Position numbers and translations under genes: made by a program. A stretch of 64,000 bases of DNA, taken from NCBI GenBank assembly GCA_963719225.1, contig CAVRAY010000001.1, positions 1,696,001 to 1,760,000 of the forward strand, written 5' to 3'. Each line of letters begins with the position of its first letter. Positions within the stretch are counted from its first letter, which is position 1. This stretch comes from Thermoanaerobaculia bacterium. GTDB lineage: Bacteria > Acidobacteriota > Thermoanaerobaculia > UBA5066. Below are positions 46,143 through 55,956 of this stretch, piece after piece. The notes beneath the pieces were generated by a model, which saw only the letters and a list, made by a program, of their open reading frames with translations, searched no databases and had not been told where the DNA came from.

Positions 46143-48188
46143 TCAGAAGCGGAAGCGCAATTCGCCCGTCACGCGCCGGCGCAGGATGTCGCCGAAGACG
46201 TGCTGTTGGACGTGTGCGTCGGTCACGTTCACGGCGCGCACGGCGACGGCGAGCCCGTTCGGAAACGTCCATCCCGCCGCCGCGTTCCAGAGCGTGAACG
46301 GGGCCGTCGTGCCGACGTACGGCTGCACGTCCGTCCAGAAAGCCGACGCCGTGTAGTTCACGGAGGCCGACGCGAAGAAGGGACCCGACGCGACGCTGAG
46401 CCCCGCGTTGATCCGGTGCCGCGACGGCAGGTTCACGGGGATCGTCGCCGCACCCTGCTCGCTCACCTGAGGGTCCGCCTGCCACGAGTAATTCGCGAAC
46501 GCCGTCAGGATGCGTGTAATTTTCGCGTCGGCCGACACCTCGAAGCCGCGATCCACGATGCGCCCGAGGTTGCGGTAGCTGAACGTCTTCGGGAGCGCGA
46601 TCTGGTCGAGGACCGACGGCGGCAGGGGCCAGCCCGGCGGCGGGGCGGCCGACGTGTAGTTCTCGATGGGCACGAAGAAGATGCGGTCGCGCGAGATGTT
46701 GTAGTAGGCCGAGACGGTGACGGTGACGCGCCGGGCGAACGTGCCGGTGTAGCCGATCTCGAATGCGTTCATCGTCTCGGCGTCGAGATCGGTCGAACCC
46801 GTCGCGAGGATCGGGAAGACGTATGGACCCGTCGGAAGCGTCGCGAGCGCGGAGCTGGGGAAATAGAGGAAGTCTTCGACGAGGGAGGGCGCGATGAACG
46901 CGCGGTTCCAGCTCAGTCGAAAGGTATGGTCCTTGCTCGGCTCGAAGATGAGTCCCGTGCGCGGCGAGAGTGCGCCGCCGTACGTGTCGGACCAGTCGTA
47001 GCGCGTGCCGATCCTCAGACGCAGCGTCTCGGCGAGGAAGATCTCGTCCTCGAGGAAGACGCCGAGGTCGGTGCGCGCGTGGACGTCGGGCACGAGGCTC
47101 AGGTCGAAGTGGCTGTAACGCGCGCTCGCACCCCACGAGACGAGGTTCTTCTCCCCGAAGAGGTGGCGGTCACCGGCTTCGGCCGCTATGCCAAGGTTCT
47201 TGATGGTGACGACGTCCGGGCTCAGGAAGCCGACGTACTTCGCGTCGTGCAGCGTGACGTTCGCCGAGGTGTGGAAGTCGCCCTTCTTGTATTCGGCCCC
47301 CGCGTGGCCTTGGTAGAGGTCCTTGCTGTCGAAGGGACCGAGGCCCGTGAGGATGGCGCCGTCGCTCGAGGCGAAGCCGGCGCCGAGCTTCCACTTCCCC
47401 GCGTCCGGGCGGTCGAGGTCGAGGCGCAGGTCGATGCGGTACTGGTGCGTGCCGGTGTTGTCGTAGGCGGGCAGCGGCGTTCCGTCGGGGAGAGCCGTGG
47501 GCCTTTCCCACGCGTCCTGCTTGAAGTACGACGCGCTGACCTTGTAGGACGCGGCGCCGGACGCACCGGCATGGATCACGCCGGCCTCCCGCGTCCCGAG
47601 GGTGCCCCCGCCGACCTTGACCGACGTACCGAGCATCTCGGCGGGGTCCTTCGTGAGGATGTTCACGACGCCGCCGAACGCGTTCGGGCCCCACATCGCG
47701 GAGTCGGGTCCGCGGATGACCTCCACCTGCTTGACCTCGTCGAAGTTGATGGGCAGGAGGTCCCACAGGACCATCCCGAAGTAGTCCTGGTAGATGGTTC
47801 GGCCGTCGAGAAGCGCGAGCGTCGCGCGCGCGTTGCGCCCCGTGGCCAGGCGCGGCGTGAGGTTCACGTCGCGCGCGGACGTCTGTGCGACGTTGAGACC
47901 CGGCACCGGACGCAGGAGATCGCCGTAGCTCTCGGCGGCGGACGTCTCGATCTCGGGGGCGGAGACGACCGTGACCGCGACGGGTGCGTCGCGCAGCTCC
48001 TCGGCGGTCTTGCTCGCGGTCACGACGACCGTCTCGCCGTACGTGCGCTCGGGCTTCTCGGCGGCGTTCGACGTCGACGCGGGGACAGTCGGCGTGGGCG
48101 TCGGCACCGGCGCGGCCTCCTGCGCTAAGACGGCGCGCGCGAATCCGAGCGCGGCCGCCGCGAGGGCAGCCGAGAGCCGCCGGCTCAC
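46143..48188 (-). CDS. TonB-dependent outer-membrane receptor
   Basis: GTG 48188, signal peptide, TonB box 'ETVVVTAS', plug 'VEVIRGPDSAMWGPNAFGGVVNILTK', and C-terminal Phe. Confidence 0.9.
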   Translation of the reverse strand: MSRRLSAALAAAALGFARAVLAQEAAPVPTPTPTVPASTSNAAEKPERTYGETVVVTASKTAEELRDAPVAVTVVSAPEIETSAAESYGDLLRPVPGLNVAQTSARDVNLTPRLATGRNARATLALLDGRTIYQDYFGMVLWDLLPINFDEVKQVEVIRGPDSAMWGPNAFGGVVNILTKDPAEMLGTSVKVGGGTLGTREAGVIHAGASGAASYKVSASYFKQDAWERPTALPDGTPLPAYDNTGTHQYRIDLRLDLDRPDAGKWKLGAGFASSDGAILTGLGPFDSKDLYQGHAGAEYKKGDFHTSANVTLHDAKYVGFLSPDVVTIKNLGIAAEAGDRHLFGEKNLVSWGASARYSHFDLSLVPDVHARTDLGVFLEDEIFLAETLRLRIGTRYDWSDTYGGALSPRTGLIFEPSKDHTFRLSWNRAFIAPSLVEDFLYFPSSALATLPTGPYVFPILATGSTDLDAETMNAFEIGYTGTFARRVTVTVSAYYNISRDRIFFVPIENYTSAAPPPGWPLPPSVLDQIALPKTFSYRNLGRIVDRGFEVSADAKITRILTAFANYSWQADPQVSEQGAATIPVNLPSRHRINAGLSVASGPFFASASVNYTASAFWTDVQPYVGTTAPFTLWNAAAGWTFPNGLAVAVRAVNVTDAHVQQHVFGDILRRRVTGELRFRF

Positions 48189-49462
48189 GCGTCCACGGGG
48201 TCCGGTGGCGCGCCGGGTCCCGTCCGCCGGAGCGACTCCGGCAGGAACGTCTGCTTGTAGCCGGGCGGGAGCTTCGAGAGCTCCTCCGTGAGGGCGATGT
48301 GGAGCGAATCGGACGCACGGGAGAGAAACGTGCCGCCCGAGATGCGCTGGAGAATGTCGTAGACGATTTTGAGCGCGAGGAGGACGATCTCCTCGGAGAA
48401 CCCCGCGAGCCCTTGCTTGCCCGACAGCTCCACACCGAGGAGCTTCATGGTCTCCGGCCCGAGGATGTCGCGCATGACGAGGCGCGGGAGCCGCGCGAGA
48501 TCGGCCGGGCGCAGGTGCTTGAGCGGGAGTTCGCGCGGGACATGATCGCCCAGGAGCTTCTCGACGAATTCGACGAGGGCGCGCGTGATCGCGACGCCGT
48601 CGTCCGTCCGACCCGCCTGTCGCGCGCGGATCGCGTGGTAGAGCATCTCGGCGCGGGTGAACCGCGACGGTCCGCCGTCGCCCGGCTCGGGCTCCGGGAG
48701 GAGGCTCCGGTCGATTCCGAGAACGGCGCCGACGACGTTCCAGCAATGGATGAAGGCGTCTTCCTGCGCGGGCGTGACCTCGGCGCCCATGGTCCTGAGG
48801 CCGCGCAGGACGACGTACGCGAACGTCTGGAGCGTGTAGGCCATGTCTTCCTGGCAGATCGGGTGGCCCCATTCCGGGTCCCAGCGCGCTTCGCCCCAGA
48901 CCTTGCCCATGTCGTGGCCTTCGCCCGTGGCCGTCGTGAGGATGAGATGGCGGACGGCGGCATGCAGGAGGCGCACCTTCTGGACCGAGAGGATGCCCTT
49001 CGCGCCTGGCGTGAGGCCTCCCGGCAGCATCGCGTCGCGCACCATCTGCGACGTTTCGAGGATGCGCAGGCCGGGACGGTTCTTGAGGTACGTCGTCAGG
49101 CCGAGTACGTGGATGCCGTTCTTCATCACGTAACACTCGGGCAGGCTCGCGCAGACGAGCAGCACGGTCGCGCCGAGGCCGTTGCCGTAGAAGAATTTCT
49201 GGCCGGCGTCGACGAGCGCGGGGTCGGCCCAGGGAGGCGGGTCTGCGCTCGCCACCGCGAAGTCGTGCACGGGTCCCGGAAGGTTCGCGTGCGTGAAGTC
49301 TTTTTCGAACGTGAGGCCGAAGAGGAAGTCGTTCATCGACTTCAGCCCCGCGCGCCCGCCCCCCGCCTCGTCATAGAGCGAAGCGACCGCCGCGTCGGCA
49401 AGCGGGTCGCCCACGAGGCGCATCGGCGCGAGTGCTGCGTCCGTCCACGGTGTGAAGCTCAT
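48185..49462 (-). CDS. DUF2236 / MpaB'-Lcp-family putative heme oxygenase
   Basis: ATG 49462. 'MRLVGDPLAD', 'RILET', 'KVRLLHAAVRH', 'WGHPICQEDM..T' and 'HCW.VVG..LGI' motifs. Confidence 0.82.
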   Translation of the reverse strand: MSFTPWTDAALAPMRLVGDPLADAAVASLYDEAGGGRAGLKSMNDFLFGLTFEKDFTHANLPGPVHDFAVASADPPPWADPALVDAGQKFFYGNGLGATVLLVCASLPECYVMKNGIHVLGLTTYLKNRPGLRILETSQMVRDAMLPGGLTPGAKGILSVQKVRLLHAAVRHLILTTATGEGHDMGKVWGEARWDPEWGHPICQEDMAYTLQTFAYVVLRGLRTMGAEVTPAQEDAFIHCWNVVGAVLGIDRSLLPEPEPGDGGPSRFTRAEMLYHAIRARQAGRTDDGVAITRALVEFVEKLLGDHVPRELPLKHLRPADLARLPRLVMRDILGPETMKLLGVELSGKQGLAGFSEEIVLLALKIVYDILQRISGGTFLSRASDSLHIALTEELSKLPPGYKQTFLPESLRRTGPGAPPDPVDA

Positions 49463-51885
49463 CGGCTGCCCCCTTCGCCGCGTGGCGGCGTGAACGCCAG
49501 CCGGAAGCTGATCGCCGGATTCAGATAGAAAGCCGGAATCACGTAGCGGAACGCGCCCCGGCTCATGTGGCTGAACTCCGTTGAGCCCGCGAACTCGGCC
49601 GCGCCGCCGCGGATGACGCTCGACACCATTGCCGTATCGCCGCTGCCCTGCGTCACGAGCGTCGCCGTCCAGTCGCGCGCGTTGCCCGCCATGCCGCGCA
49701 CACCGTAGACCGAGACGTCCGTTTCGTACGAATCGACCGGCAGCGGCCGCGGGCGTCCCGGATTGCTCTCGCCCGAGTTGCAGAAGCTCGCGTCGAAGCG
49801 ATCGCCCCACGGGAACGCCCGTCCGCCGACACCGCGCGCGGCTTTCTCCCACTCGAACTCGGTCGGAAGCCGGTAAGCGCGGCCGTCGCGCGCCGAGCGC
49901 CACTCCGCGTACGCGACGGCGGAGTGCCACGTGATGCTCACGCACGGCCGGCGGGGGTGCATCTCCTCGCCGAGGAGGTCGCGCGGCGGCAGGGAGAAGC
50001 GTCCCGCCGCGTCCACGTCGAGGTATGTGCTCCCGCCGACGTCCTTCTTCGGAGAGTGGAGCGCCGCCTTGTCGGGGTCGGTCGCGACGAGGTCGTTCAG
50101 GAAGTCGACGTACTCGCCCATCGTGACGGGGTGCACGCCGATGCAGAAATCCTCGCTCTCGGCCATCTGGCCGGGGAGCCCCCAGCCGGGGAGCGCGGCG
50201 TCGCCGCCGAGGACGTACGGCCCGGCCGGTACGTGGACGAAGCCTTCGCCGATCTCGGCGGGGGAGAGCATCCGCACGCGGCCCGCCCACGCGCGACAGC
50301 GCGAGATGAAGACGGGATAGCGCGTATCGGCGTATCCGCGCGAACGCAGGACGACGAGATAGTCGCCCATCGGCAGCGGGAAAGGCGGAAGAGGCGTCCG
50401 CCCGAGGAGGCGCTCGTTCTCGGGGACGAGGCGAAGGTCTCTCTCCACGAAATCGTAGAGCCAGACCTCGGCGTCCGGAGGGTCCGACTCGAGGGTGAGC
50501 GTCCCGTCACCTTTCAGCTCGGCGGCGTGGCGCCCGTCGTCGAAAGCCGCCACGATCTGCCCGAAGTACCTCACGTTCCTCAGGTCGTGCTTCTCCTCGG
50601 CCTCGAGGAGCTGCTCGAAGAAGTAGTCGGCCATGACGGCGCGAGCCTCGGAGTGGCTCTCGTCGTGCCCGAGGGCGCCTGCGAGCGTCATGACGAGGTT
50701 CGAACCCGTGGTCGCGAGCTCGGCGCGCGCGTCGCGCAGACGGTCTTCGGCCGAATAGAGAGGCGCCTTCTCGCGGACTCTCTGCCAGGGCTGGAAGGAT
50801 CCGCGCAGCGATTCGACCTCGACTTCGAGGGCTGCGATTGCCGCCTTTTTCCGCCGGTAGTCCTCCAGAATCTCGCGGCCGCGAAACGCGAGGAGGCCCG
50901 CGTTCTCCTGGCGCTTGACCTTGTCGGCCTCGGCCTCGAGCCACCCCTGGATCTCGTCCTGGAGCTCGCGCGCGGAGGCGTGGCGCGCGTCCGGCGACTT
51001 CGCAAGGGCCTTGAGGCACGTGCGCTCGAGAGCGACCGGGATCTCGCGGCGCGGCGCGCGTTCGCGCGGCGGTTTCGGGTCGTCGCGCAACACGCCCGCG
51101 AGCGTCGCGATCGGGTTCGCGGCCGCGAAAGGCGAGTGGAGAGTGAGGATCTCGTACATCATGACGCCCAGCGCCCAGACGTCCGAGCGCTCGTCGACCG
51201 GAGAGGACACGGCCTGCTCGGGCGACATGTACGCCGGCGTCCCGACGACCTCGCCCACGCGCGTGTGATCCGTGCCGGAGGCGAGGACTTTCCCCTGCCC
51301 GCGGTCGATGACCTTCGCGAGGCCCCAGTCGAGGACCTGCACTTCCCCGTGCTCGCCGAGCATGACGTTCGAGGGCTTGAGGTCGCGGTGGAGGACGCCG
51401 CGCGAGTGGGCGAAGTCGATCGCCTGCGTGACCTGCAGGAGCACCTGCACGAGGCGCGTGATGGAGTAGCGGGAGACCGTCTCGAGGTCGCCCGCGCGCA
51501 CGCCGGAGAGCACGTCGGCGAGCGTCCGCCCGCGGACGTACCGCATCGTGCAGAAGGGGGCGCGGTCGCCCACCACGAGCGCGTGCAGCGGCACCACGTT
51601 CGGGTGTTCGAGCTGGCCCAGGATGCGCACCTCGTCGAGGAACCGCGCTCGGCGGGAAGGGCTGTCGCCCTTGGCGACTTTGAGCGCGACCTCGCGCCCG
51701 AGCGAAGGGTCGCGCGCGAGGAACACGGCCCCCATGCCGCCTTCGGCGAGGAGCCTCACGATCTCGTAGCGAACGGCGCCCGAGGCGTCCTGCGGCGCGT
51801 CCGCCGGGGGCGTGGGCGCGGCCGAGTCGTCCGAAGTCGGCGCGAACGTTTCCTCTTCGGAGGGATCGCTGTCCTGCCGGCTCAT
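49459..51885 (-). CDS. Ser/Thr kinase fused to a PEGA-like and FGE-sulfatase (SUMF1) domain
   Basis: ATG 51885 with RBS. 'HRDLKPSN', 'DWGLAK', 'YMSPEQ', then 'RLPTEFEWEKAARG', 'FPWGD' and 'GMAGNARDW'. Confidence 0.88.
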   Translation of the reverse strand: MSRQDSDPSEEETFAPTSDDSAAPTPPADAPQDASGAVRYEIVRLLAEGGMGAVFLARDPSLGREVALKVAKGDSPSRRARFLDEVRILGQLEHPNVVPLHALVVGDRAPFCTMRYVRGRTLADVLSGVRAGDLETVSRYSITRLVQVLLQVTQAIDFAHSRGVLHRDLKPSNVMLGEHGEVQVLDWGLAKVIDRGQGKVLASGTDHTRVGEVVGTPAYMSPEQAVSSPVDERSDVWALGVMMYEILTLHSPFAAANPIATLAGVLRDDPKPPRERAPRREIPVALERTCLKALAKSPDARHASARELQDEIQGWLEAEADKVKRQENAGLLAFRGREILEDYRRKKAAIAALEVEVESLRGSFQPWQRVREKAPLYSAEDRLRDARAELATTGSNLVMTLAGALGHDESHSEARAVMADYFFEQLLEAEEKHDLRNVRYFGQIVAAFDDGRHAAELKGDGTLTLESDPPDAEVWLYDFVERDLRLVPENERLLGRTPLPPFPLPMGDYLVVLRSRGYADTRYPVFISRCRAWAGRVRMLSPAEIGEGFVHVPAGPYVLGGDAALPGWGLPGQMAESEDFCIGVHPVTMGEYVDFLNDLVATDPDKAALHSPKKDVGGSTYLDVDAAGRFSLPPRDLLGEEMHPRRPCVSITWHSAVAYAEWRSARDGRAYRLPTEFEWEKAARGVGGRAFPWGDRFDASFCNSGESNPGRPRPLPVDSYETDVSVYGVRGMAGNARDWTATLVTQGSGDTAMVSSVIRGGAAEFAGSTEFSHMSRGAFRYVIPAFYLNPAISFRLAFTPPRGEGGSR

Positions 51886-51992
51886 CTCTCCTCCAGCGTC
51901 ACCTGCCGGTCCATTCCCCTCCTCGATCGCCCCGAAGCGTTGCGTTCTCGGGTGGATCGTACCAGCCGGAGCCACTCGTTTATCCTCCGGCG

Positions 51993-54086
51993 GTGCTGTA
52001 CCGGCTCGAAAACGTCAGGAAAAGCTTCGGGACGAAGGACGTCCTCGTGGATGCGACGTGGCAGCACGATCCGGGGCGAATCGTGGGCCTCGTGGGGCGG
52101 AACGGCGCGGGGAAGTCGACCGTCCTGAAGATCGTTCAGGGCCTCGTGGAGCCCGACGGCGGCAAGCTGTATGTGGCGGGTGGAACGACCTTTGCCTCGC
52201 TGGACCAGGCGGTCGAGCCGGAAGGCTACGAGCCTCTCCGCACTTTCGTCGCGCGCGCGCAGGAGCCTCTTCTCGCGTTCGAGCGCGAGATGAGGCGCCT
52301 GGAGGAGGCCATCGCCACGCACGGGGCCGACGGCGACCGCGCCGCGCTCGACGCGCTCCTCGGCGAGCACGACGAGGTGCGCGAGCATTTCCAGCGCGCG
52401 GGCGGCTACGAGGCGGACGCCCGCGTGGACCGGGTGCTCATGGGCGTCGGCCTCGTGCGGGCGATGTGGGACCGGCCCGTGGGAGAGCTCTCGGGCGGCC
52501 AGAAACATCGTGCCCAGATCGCACGGCTTCTGCTGACGGACGCTTCGGTTCTCCTCCTCGACGAGCCCACGAACCACCTCGACGTGGACGGAATCGAGTT
52601 CCTCGAGAGCTGGCTCGTGGAGCGGAAGACGAGCACCGGCCTCTCGGCTCTCGTGGTCTCGCACGACCGCCGCTTTCTGGATGCCGTCGCGGACCGCATC
52701 GTCGAGGTCGCGCACGGCCGTCTCGAGGACTATCCGGGCGACTACGCCACGTACCGCAAGCTCAAGGCCGAGCGCGAGCGTCTCCGCGCGAAGGAGGCCG
52801 AGAAACAGCGGCAGATGATCGAGCGGACCGAGGAGTTCATTCGCCGCAACATCGCCGGACAGAAGACGAAACAGGCCCAGGGGCGACGGAAGATGCTGGC
52901 GCGGATCGAGAGGATCGAGGCGCCGCGGGAGGATGCGAACGAAGTCTCGATCCGCTTCGAGGAGGCGCGCGTCTCCGGAGGGCGCGTGCTCGAGGCGAAG
53001 AAGCTCGTGCCGGGCTACCGCGAGACGGGACCGCTCCTCGAGCCGGTATCGTTCCTCCTGCGCCGCGGGGACCGCCTCGCGCTCTGGGGGCCGAACGGCT
53101 GCGGCAAGACGACGCTCCTCAAGACGCTCGCACGCGTGCTGCCTCCGATCTCCGGCTCGGCAGTGCCGGGCACGGGCGTCCTCATCGGCTACTACGACCA
53201 GGAGATGGGAGATCTTCCGGTCGAGGCGACGGCGCTCGACGCCGTGATGGACCTCGACCCTACGATGAAGGAGAGCGAAGCCCGCGACTTCCTCGCGCTC
53301 TTCGACTTCCGCGGGGACGAGGTCTTCCAGAAGATCGCGACGCTCTCGGGCGGCGAGAAGGGGCGCCTCTCGCTCGCTCGCATCGTCTTCGGCGGGGCGA
53401 ACTTCCTGCTCCTGGACGAGCCCACGAACCACCTCGACCTCGACGCGCGCGAGCAGCTCGAGGACGCCCTGGAAGCGTTCGAGGGCGCGATCGTCTTCGT
53501 GAGCCACGACCGCTGGTTCGTGGACCGCATCGCGACACAGATGCTGGAAATTCGGGACGGGAAGGCCGAGCTCCACGAAGGTAACTACTCGGATCTCGTC
53601 AGGAGGAAGAAGGAGATTCTTGCTCCCTCGCAGGACGATTCGGCGGGGCGCGACGACCTACAGTGGGGCAGGGGAGACGCGGTCTTTTCTTCGAAGGGTA
53701 AGAAAGACAAAGATAAAGATTCTTCGAAGGGTAAGAAGGGTAAGGGCGGCTCGGCGGGAGCCGCCGCAGCGAAGCCCGGCACCGCGCCTCATCCCTCTTC
53801 CCCCTCTAAGAAATCTTCCTCTTCTTCTCCGGACCGGACCGCCGAGAGGCGGCGTCTGAAGAACCAGAGAATCCTCGCCGACCTCGAAGACTCGATCACG
53901 CGCCTCGAGGAGGAGATCCGGTCGCTCGATCTCTCCCTCGCCAACCCCGACGTCTTCCGCGACGGAGACAAGGTCCGGCAGGTGAAATCGGCACGCGAGC
54001 AGGCGCGCCGGACACTCGAGGCGAAGCTGTGGGAATGGGAGGAGACGTCTCGCAAGCTCCAGACGGGCGCGGAAGTGCCGGCGTGA
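51993..54086 (+). CDS. ABC-F family ATPase (Uup/YdiF-like)
   Basis: Two ABC domains with 'LDEPTNHLD' and 'VSHDR', no TM, and a C-terminal coiled coil. Confidence 0.92.
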   Translation: MLYRLENVRKSFGTKDVLVDATWQHDPGRIVGLVGRNGAGKSTVLKIVQGLVEPDGGKLYVAGGTTFASLDQAVEPEGYEPLRTFVARAQEPLLAFEREMRRLEEAIATHGADGDRAALDALLGEHDEVREHFQRAGGYEADARVDRVLMGVGLVRAMWDRPVGELSGGQKHRAQIARLLLTDASVLLLDEPTNHLDVDGIEFLESWLVERKTSTGLSALVVSHDRRFLDAVADRIVEVAHGRLEDYPGDYATYRKLKAERERLRAKEAEKQRQMIERTEEFIRRNIAGQKTKQAQGRRKMLARIERIEAPREDANEVSIRFEEARVSGGRVLEAKKLVPGYRETGPLLEPVSFLLRRGDRLALWGPNGCGKTTLLKTLARVLPPISGSAVPGTGVLIGYYDQEMGDLPVEATALDAVMDLDPTMKESEARDFLALFDFRGDEVFQKIATLSGGEKGRLSLARIVFGGANFLLLDEPTNHLDLDAREQLEDALEAFEGAIVFVSHDRWFVDRIATQMLEIRDGKAELHEGNYSDLVRRKKEILAPSQDDSAGRDDLQWGRGDAVFSSKGKKDKDKDSSKGKKGKGGSAGAAAAKPGTAPHPSSPSKKSSSSSPDRTAERRRLKNQRILADLEDSITRLEEEIRSLDLSLANPDVFRDGDKVRQVKSAREQARRTLEAKLWEWEETSRKLQTGAEVPA
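53685..53829. repeat. Dispersed motif, locus 11 (ABC-F linker; two plus copies and one minus copy)
   Basis: Plus copies TTCTTCGAAGGGTAAG at 53687 and 53720. Minus copy GAAGATTTCTTAGAGGGGGAAGAGGG. Confidence 0.78.
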
Positions 54087-55360
54087 GCGCCGGCTTGCCA
54101 CGCCCGGGCACGGCCTCGATCCTCGCCGTCGGCAGCGAGCTTCTCGGCACGTCGCGCCTCGACACGAACTCGCTTTACCTGACGAGCAGGCTCGAAGCGC
54201 TCGGGATTTCGGTCGTGCGGAAGGTCTGCGTGGGTGACGACTGGGCCGACCTCCTCGCCGAGATTCCGCTCGCCCTGTCGCGGGCTCCTCTCCTGGTCGT
54301 CACGGGGGGCCTCGGACCCACGGACGACGACCGTACGAAGGAAGCCCTCGCGAAAGTGCTGGGCCGTGCCCTGGTGAGGGACGAGTCGATCCTCCTGCGC
54401 CTCAAGGAACGCTTTCGCCGGCGCGGCCTCGAGATGCCCGCGGTGAACGAGAAGCAGGCCGACGTGATCGAGGGCGCCGTCGTGCTGGCGAACCCCCGCG
54501 GGTCGGCCCCGGGCTTCCTCGTGACGGCAGGAGCCTCGACCGTGATCCTCCTTCCCGGGGTCCCGCTCGAGATGAAGGCGATGTGGGCCGAAGCGGTGGA
54601 GCCTCTTCTGGCGCGGGGAGCGGCGGCCGGGCTGCACCGCCGGACGCTCAAGATCGCGGCGATGCCCGAGAGCGTCGTGGAGACGCTCGTCAAGCCCGTC
54701 TACGCCGCCTATCCCGAAGTGCCGTTCACGATCCTGGCCGCTCCCGGCGAGGTGCAGCTGCAGTTCACGGCGCGAGGGACCTTCGAAGAGGCGTCGCGCG
54801 TCCTCGACCGCATCGAGGCCGACTTCCACAAGGCGCTGTCGGGCGAGATCTTCGGCCGCGACGACGACACGCTCGAGGGCGTCGCGGGCGACCTGCTGCG
54901 GGTCAAGGGGCAGACGCTCGCGCTGGCCGAGTCGTGCACCGGAGGCCAGCTCGCGGAACGCATCACGGAGATCCCGGGCTCGTCGGACTATTTCCTCGGG
55001 GCGGCCGTGACGTACGCGAACACCGCGAAGGCCGATCTCGTGGGCGTCTCGGGAGCCACGCTCGAACGCCATGGAGCGGTCTCGGAGGAGACCGCGCGCG
55101 AGATGGCTCTCGGCGCACGGAAGAGATTCGGAGCCACGATCGGCCTCGCTACGACGGGCATCGCCGGGCCGGGCGGCGGCACGCCGGACAAGCCGGTCGG
55201 GACCGTTCATGTCGCGCTCGACGCGATGGACGGAACGCGGCTTCACAAGCGGCTCTTCCTGCCGGCCGAGCGCTCGCTCATTCGACGCTGGACGACCTCG
55301 ACGGCGCTCGGGATGCTCCGCAAGCACCTGCTCGGCCTCACCGAAGGGGGACGCCGGTGA
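54083..55360 (+). CDS. cinA: Competence/damage-inducible protein CinA (MoCF domain + NMN deamidase PncC)
   Basis: 'AVGSELL...DTN', 'TGGLGPTDDD', 'AESCTGG' and 'TGIAGPGGG' motifs. Confidence 0.92.
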   Translation: MSAGLPRPGTASILAVGSELLGTSRLDTNSLYLTSRLEALGISVVRKVCVGDDWADLLAEIPLALSRAPLLVVTGGLGPTDDDRTKEALAKVLGRALVRDESILLRLKERFRRRGLEMPAVNEKQADVIEGAVVLANPRGSAPGFLVTAGASTVILLPGVPLEMKAMWAEAVEPLLARGAAAGLHRRTLKIAAMPESVVETLVKPVYAAYPEVPFTILAAPGEVQLQFTARGTFEEASRVLDRIEADFHKALSGEIFGRDDDTLEGVAGDLLRVKGQTLALAESCTGGQLAERITEIPGSSDYFLGAAVTYANTAKADLVGVSGATLERHGAVSEETAREMALGARKRFGATIGLATTGIAGPGGGTPDKPVGTVHVALDAMDGTRLHKRLFLPAERSLIRRWTTSTALGMLRKHLLGLTEGGRR

Positions 55361-55956
55361 CGCGCGAGCTCGCGTGCCTCGTCGCGGCGTACCTTCTCGG
55401 ATCGGTCTCCTTCGCGATCCTCCTCGTCCGCATCTTTCGTGGCGTGGACGTCCGGCGCGAAGGCTCGGGCAACGCGGGCGCGACGAACGTGCTCCGCACG
55501 TCGGGCAAACGACTCGCTAGCCTGACGATGCTTCTCGACGTCGCCAAGGGAACGGCCGCGGTGCTTCTGATGCAGGCCGTCACCTACGATCCGCGCTGGC
55601 TCGGGGCCGCGGCGTTCGCGGCCGTGCTCGGGCACGTGTTCCCGGTCTGGTTCGGATTTCACGGCGGCAAGGGCGTCGCGACTGCGATCGGAGGGTTCTC
55701 GGTGCTGTGTCCGCTCGCGGTGCTCGCGGTCGTGGTGGTCTTCGTCACCGTCGTCGCGACGACGCGCTTCGTCTCGCTCGGCTCGGTCACGGCGGCCTGC
55801 CTGCTGCCGCTCGCGATGCGGCTCCTCTTCCACGCGCCCGATCCGGAGGTCGCGGCGGCCTCGGCGGTTACGATCCTCCTCATCGTCTCGCATCGCGCGA
55901 ACATCCGGCGACTTCTCGAAGGGACCGAGCGCCGCCTCGGACGGAGGGATTCGTGA
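55357..55956 (+). CDS. plsY: Glycerol-3-phosphate acyltransferase
   Basis: 'YLLGS', 'GSGNAGATN', 'GGKGVAT' and 'HRANIRRL..GTE' motifs. Confidence 0.93.
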   Translation: MTRELACLVAAYLLGSVSFAILLVRIFRGVDVRREGSGNAGATNVLRTSGKRLASLTMLLDVAKGTAAVLLMQAVTYDPRWLGAAAFAAVLGHVFPVWFGFHGGKGVATAIGGFSVLCPLAVLAVVVVFVTVVATTRFVSLGSVTAACLLPLAMRLLFHAPDPEVAAASAVTILLIVSHRANIRRLLEGTERRLGRRDS

